DNA of 42,370 nt from Octopus sinensis (taxonomy: Eukaryota): positions 1 through 42,370 of the forward strand of contig NW_021835151.1 in assembly GCF_006345805.1 (NCBI RefSeq). The letters are read 5' to 3'. The position numbers were made by a program, and so were the translations under genes. This document shows, piece after piece, positions 37,058-42,370 of the stretch. Position 1 is the first letter of the stretch, and each line of letters opens with the position of its first letter. The notes under the pieces were generated by a model. That model saw nothing but the letters and a program-made list of their open reading frames with translations, ran no database searches and had not been told where the DNA came from.

Positions 37058-37409
37058 GATGTGTGTAATTGTGTGTATGTGTGGTTTATGTATACACAAA
37101 TACAAATAGGCTTATTTCATTGAAGAACGCGCAAGAAATTAGGGAAAAAAGTGCTTAAATTTTAGGAGAATAAAGCCACGAAAACCAAGTAAGTACTATG
37201 GTTTCCAATAGAAAGGGGAAATGAATCGGGTACATGAAGCGAGAAGAAAGAGAATTAACAGATGAAGCCAAAGGGAGCGTATGTTTCTTCTTTTTCATGA
37301 ATTCGGATTAAGCTAGATCCTCTCTTTCATTTGTAACTGAGTTTAAATATTGGAAGAATCATATGGTTGCAGTTATGTATGTGTAGATGCTTAGTTACAT
37401 ATGTCATTA

Positions 37410-37765
37410 TGTAGCTGTATGGTAAAAATATTGCTTTCCTATCACGAGTTCAGTTCTTCGTGTGGTACCGTGGGCACGTCTCTTCTACTATAGCCTCGGA
37501 TCGACTGAAAGCCTTGTGAGTAGATTTAGTAGACAGATACTGAAATAGGCCTGTCATATATATGTGTATGTGTTTGTGTGCGTGTGTGTTTGTCTCTCAC
37601 CATCGCTTGACAACCGGTATTGGTTTATTTACATCTCTTGAGCAAAATAGACCGACTGAGTAAGTAACAGCCTGAAAATCAAAAATATAAGTACTGGAGT
37701 CAATTCATTCGACTAAAAATTCATCACGGTGTTGTTCCAGTATAATAACTTAAACAAGTAAAAGG
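37410..37765 (+). mobile_element. SINE family A, old degraded copy
   Basis: cttctactatagcctcgg ... gccttgtgagtagattt ... catcgcttgacaaccg blocks retained. Confidence 0.7.
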
Positions 37766-37940
37766 TTTCCCTAAATAAACATGCACTTCACTTTTGAAGC
37801 TCCGAGGAACCTACGCGGTGATGTACAAATACTCAGCTCACCTCTTACTGCACTGTATTGTATTAGCTGTAAGCTAATGTGGTTCATTACCTACTTTCTT
37901 GTTCCTTTGTCATTTGTTTAATGTTATACGACCATATCTG

Positions 37941-37976
<36 letters not shown>

Positions 37977-37977
<1 letters not shown>

Positions 37978-38322
37978 AAAAAGAAATATAAAATGTGACT
38001 TCATTGACCGAGGTTACCGTGGTCTTTTCCGTAGCTTTTCTTTCCACGGTAAACCTCACCTGTCCTCCCCTTTACACTCATATTGACATTTCGGTGATAA
38101 CGATCCCTATTGATCAATTTTTTTTTCCTCTCCCCCCTTTTTTTTTTTTTTTTTTTTAACCCCCCCTTTTTTTTGTGTCCTCTTTCTCTCCTTTTACGAT
38201 CCCTTTTGATCGAAACTCCCCTTTCCCTTTTTTTTTTTTTTTTTTTTAAACCTTCAAAAGAAAAGCTCTACCTTGTAATTTTTTCTATCTGTGTGCAGCC
38301 CTGTGTGGCTAATAAAGAAACA

Positions 38323-38325
<3 letters not shown>
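37977..38325 (+). mobile_element. Tx1/L1-like 3' UTR fragment
   Basis: gaggttaccgtggtctttt ... acgatccctattgatc ... AATAAAGAAACATAT; (TATC)n on both sides. Confidence 0.8.
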
Positions 38326-38371
<46 letters not shown>

Positions 38372-38382
38372 CTATCTATCTG

Positions 38383-38470
<88 letters not shown>

Positions 38471-38474
<4 letters not shown>

Positions 38475-38900
38475 GCGAATGTTTTAAAAAAAGATGGGTG
38501 AATGTAGCAAAAGATGGGTGAATGACGAAGCCACCTTGAACATAAGCCTATGAACCCGGAAATTTAAAAGAGAGGGTTGCCTACTTGCAAACAAATGTGG
38601 TAACATATAACAATATTGATCGAGGTTACCGTGGTCTTTTCGGTAGGCTTTTCTTCCCACGGATAAACCTTATCTGCTTCCCCTTTACACTTTACATCAT
38701 GACACTGTGATACACGATCCCTATTGATCGTTTTTTTCTTTTGTTTTTTTTTTCTTCTTCTTCTTTCCCTTTTACGATTCCTTTTGATCGAAAACCTGCC
38801 CCACCTTTTATTTATTTTTTATTTCTTTAACTAAAAAGAAAAGCTCTACTTTGTAATCTGTCCCGTCCGTGTGCAGCCCTGTGTGGATAATAAAGAAACA

Positions 38901-38903
<3 letters not shown>
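38471..38903 (+). mobile_element. Tx1/L1-like 3' end
   Basis: Closely matches 24788-25148; (TATC)n on both sides. Confidence 0.88.
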
Positions 38904-38974
<71 letters not shown>

Positions 38975-38992
38975 ATATCTATTATCTATCTA

Positions 38993-39043
<51 letters not shown>

Positions 39044-39086
39044 TGTCTGTCAGTCTGTCTGTTTCTGTCAATGCGCCTATCCATGC

Positions 39087-39178
<92 letters not shown>

Positions 39179-39194
39179 GTCTATCTATCTATCT

Positions 39195-39730
39195 CACCGT
39201 TTGTGCGTCACGCTTTCCCGCAACTCGTCTCTGGCCGAACAGCAGTCGTGGATCAGAGATCGAGGCTAGGCGAATGGCACCGCGAGTGTCGCGTTGCTCT
39301 CAAGTAACTCTGCTGTCCAGGACCAAACTTGTGCGACTTCAGTTCCACAAAGGCGTTCTCTAAAGCATTAGTGAAGGGAAGGTGCGACGACGTTTTCGGG
39401 CAGAATCTGGACGTCGGCGAGGATCCCCTGACCAGCCTGTTTAGGACAACTTTCGGGCCGGGACCTATGGACAATCACCAGAGATCCCTGGCCTGGCAAT
39501 GTTATCGGGAAGCATTGCCTGTTCGGGATAAGTTCTACAGGCACGGTTCGAGGCACACCGGACCGACTTACCCGAGAAGCGGTGAGAGCGACGAAACCGT
39601 TCTGCACGTACTCGTGCAGTGTCCAACCATTTCGGACATACGGGATTATGCAGAACGGCTGGTGTGACGTGTGGGACGAGTTCGCTTGTCGGTCGAGTCA
39701 GTCGTGAAAGTTGCTCCGCCACCTCCCCTT
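39195..39730 (+). mobile_element. Tx1/L1-like ORF2 C-terminal fragment of a more diverged subfamily
   Basis: SLAWQCYREALPVRDK ... DETVLHVLVQC; 5' junction in (TATC)n; 3' end missing. Confidence 0.8.
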
Positions 39731-39900
39731 AACTTATAAAGGTAGAAGTTCCAGGGTTTATTGAAATGTTTTTGTTATGACAACAAATGGAGTTAAACGC
39801 AGGAAACACATGTCGAAAGTATAAAGAGTATAAAGATTTGTATATATATATATATATACAGCTGCATTTAACTCCATTTCTTAATCTCTGTCTGTCTGAC

Positions 39901-39948
<48 letters not shown>

Positions 39949-40261
39949 AATATATATATATATATATATATAAATAATATAAATATGTATAAGTATATGT
40001 ATATGTATGTATGTATATAGAGGTTTGTACTACCTACCATAAAGTTTTTATACTTTTGATATATTGAACTGCATTCATGAACGATAGGTCGCACATTTCT
40101 AGTGTAACAGTTGCTTTTGATTCTGAATGAGAAGACATAAAACCTAAAGGAATCACCGATTCCAACTGACCACGCCATTTCTAATTTGCAGATCAGAGGA
40201 CGGCCTTGACACGATTTCCTCTTCAATAGTTATCATGTTGGTGCATTCCCTGCGAGTGCAT

Positions 40262-40267
40262 ATTGTG

Positions 40268-40350
<83 letters not shown>

Positions 40351-40446
40351 ATATATATATTATATATATATTTATATACATGTATGTATATATATACATA
40401 TATTTATATATATGTATGTGTGTATATGTGTGTCTGTCTGTCTGTC

Positions 40447-40499
<53 letters not shown>

Positions 40500-40660
40500 C
40501 ACAACACATATATATATAATACATACACATAACTATATACATGCACATATATACATATTTATGCATGTATCTTTGTGTGTGTGTGTGTATATGCATGCAT
40601 GTTTTTGCGTGTGTGTGCGCGCGTACGTGTGTGTGCGCGTACGTGTGTGTGCGCGTGTAC
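40262..40660. repeat. Compound (TA)n/(TG)n tract
   Basis: Directly visible. Confidence 0.95.
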
Positions 40661-41182
40661 TGCATTGCATGGAATACTTGGAATACGAATGAACGTATAT
40701 AAGCACAATAAAATATTAACGGAGAAATTATGAAGGATGCCATATTTCTGAAAAAACACACCCACCTCCTTAACATTAAATCACATTTCTCTTCTTAGTT
40801 TTCCATTTTACTCCCATCCAACTATACATCATTTCTTTTCCAACTTCTTTTATAAAGAAGATTAATAATAAAAAAAAATTTCAATGATGCATGAAAAAAG
40901 TAATGAAAATAGCTGTTATCAAGTGGAATAAAAAGTGAAATTGTTTAAAGTCAGAACTGGCTGTCAACACTGGCATTTTATTTTCCTTACTTTTGATTCC
41001 AATGCGTTGTAAATAATTAAAAGAAATTTGTACATTCATTTCATATATTCAACACATTACATACTGTCGTAAGTTTTTTTGTTTGATTATTGCTGCCATT
41101 ATCAATTTGTCATTTAAGAAAAAATGACATCCAGGTACGTATGGCTTATGTTCTTTATTTCTGTGCGTATATGTGCTTCTTG

Positions 41183-41217
<35 letters not shown>

Positions 41218-41279
41218 ATGTGAATGTATACATATGTGCGTGTGTGTGTGCGCACGCGCATATATACATATACATATAT

Positions 41280-41324
<45 letters not shown>

Positions 41325-41864
41325 TATGCATAGACATATACAAATCTATATTCGTTCATATATTTGTATATATATACGTATTAAATATAAATGTAATTGT
41401 GTGTATATATATGTATATATATATGCACGTATATATACATATATATACTATATATATGCATTTACATATATATGTGTGTGTGTATATATGAAACACACAC
41501 ATATGTATATATATACAAATGCACAAATTAGTGATACCTATGAATATGAATAAAATGAATAAATGTGTGTATATAATTATGCATGCGTGTATGTATGTAT
41601 AGAGAAAATTTTGAGACAAACTAATGAAATAATGAGAATGGTACCATCAAAGGCCGAAAAGTAAAATATTTTAGATGAATCATTGTAAATCGTTTGATGA
41701 GAAGATTTGAACGGTAAATGAACGAGAAAAATTTTAGGAAAATATCAGGAATTATATGGATAATCTAAAAGCTGGACCCACTTAAAGCAGAAAAGCTCGA
41801 GATATCGTTCTGCTGAGAGCAATGCAGGTAGTGTGTTATGCTTATTCATATACAATATGAATAC

Positions 41865-42035
41865 AGGGGGTGGTGATCCCTGCAGTACTCTTTCACCACT
41901 CTTTCTCCCACTCTTCTGTTGGCCTGCTCGCTTAGCCAGCGGGATGGAGTCATTCGAAGGCTAAAACAATGCGAACGCATTGTGACCAGCGATGTGTAAC
42001 AACATCTGATGGTCGGTCACGTGATCACGTGATAT
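41865..42035 (+). mobile_element. Probable SINE 3' portion of a third family
   Basis: GC-rich block ending in repeated gtcacgtgatcacgtgat; family recalled, not verified. Confidence 0.4.
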
Positions 42036-42370
42036 ATTTACATACATACATACACATATATATGTACATACAATATAACTATCTCCAGTGTTGATTATAG
42101 ACTTAATACACAATATTAAAACTAATTGGAACAGGTGAACACAACATTAGTAATAATATGGCAGATATAAATCCTCTAGCCATACCAGTTACAAGCTACA
42201 TCTTCGACATGAAAGCAGGAAACTAAACTGAACAGATTAGATAAAAAAAATAATCTCCAGGGAACTGCAAATAATGTGCAAAGATACCACTTTAAAGAAT
42301 ATACTCGTCAGAGAGGAAGGATATGAAATGTTACGGAAGAATAAATCAAATCAATAGGAAATTACGCAGA

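Noticed and set aside
40170-40260. Strong-looking acceptor tttctaatttgcag
   Set aside because: No credible donor downstream before the microsatellite.
2109-41619. Dozens of ORFs rich in [12 protein letters not shown] or LSIY
   Set aside because: They are translations of (TA)n, (TG)n, (CA)n and (TATC)n tracts, not genes.
42140-42370. Possible further LINE fragment at the window end
   Set aside because: No diagnostic motif recovered.

Overview
AT-rich, microsatellite-dense eukaryotic DNA with no securely identifiable host gene. It is most likely intronic or intergenic sequence from an octopus; this is inferred from the tRNA-derived SINE families and repeat landscape, not from a database search. 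Recognisable content is decayed mobile DNA: two R4/Dong-like RLE LINE remnants, a CR1-clade LINE 3' half, two Penelope-like elements (PLEs, RT + GIY-YIG), several solo PLE terminal-repeat fragments, a Tc1 remnant, four Tx1/L1-like 3' ends, about ten SINE copies and two fold-back elements. Most ORFs in the supplied track are microsatellite artefacts. Most notable observations: (i) minimal type-I hammerhead-ribozyme-like motifs in PLE terminal repeats, and in a 255-bp palindrome with one motif per arm; (ii) a 132-bp near-identical inverted copy inserted 2.6 kb from its donor between 24-bp direct repeats; (iii) three Tx1-like insertions stacked in one (TATC)n tract; (iv) a pre-miRNA-sized hairpin and a 42-nt micro-exon candidate. 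All alignments and folds were done by eye, and coordinates of decayed elements are approximate.
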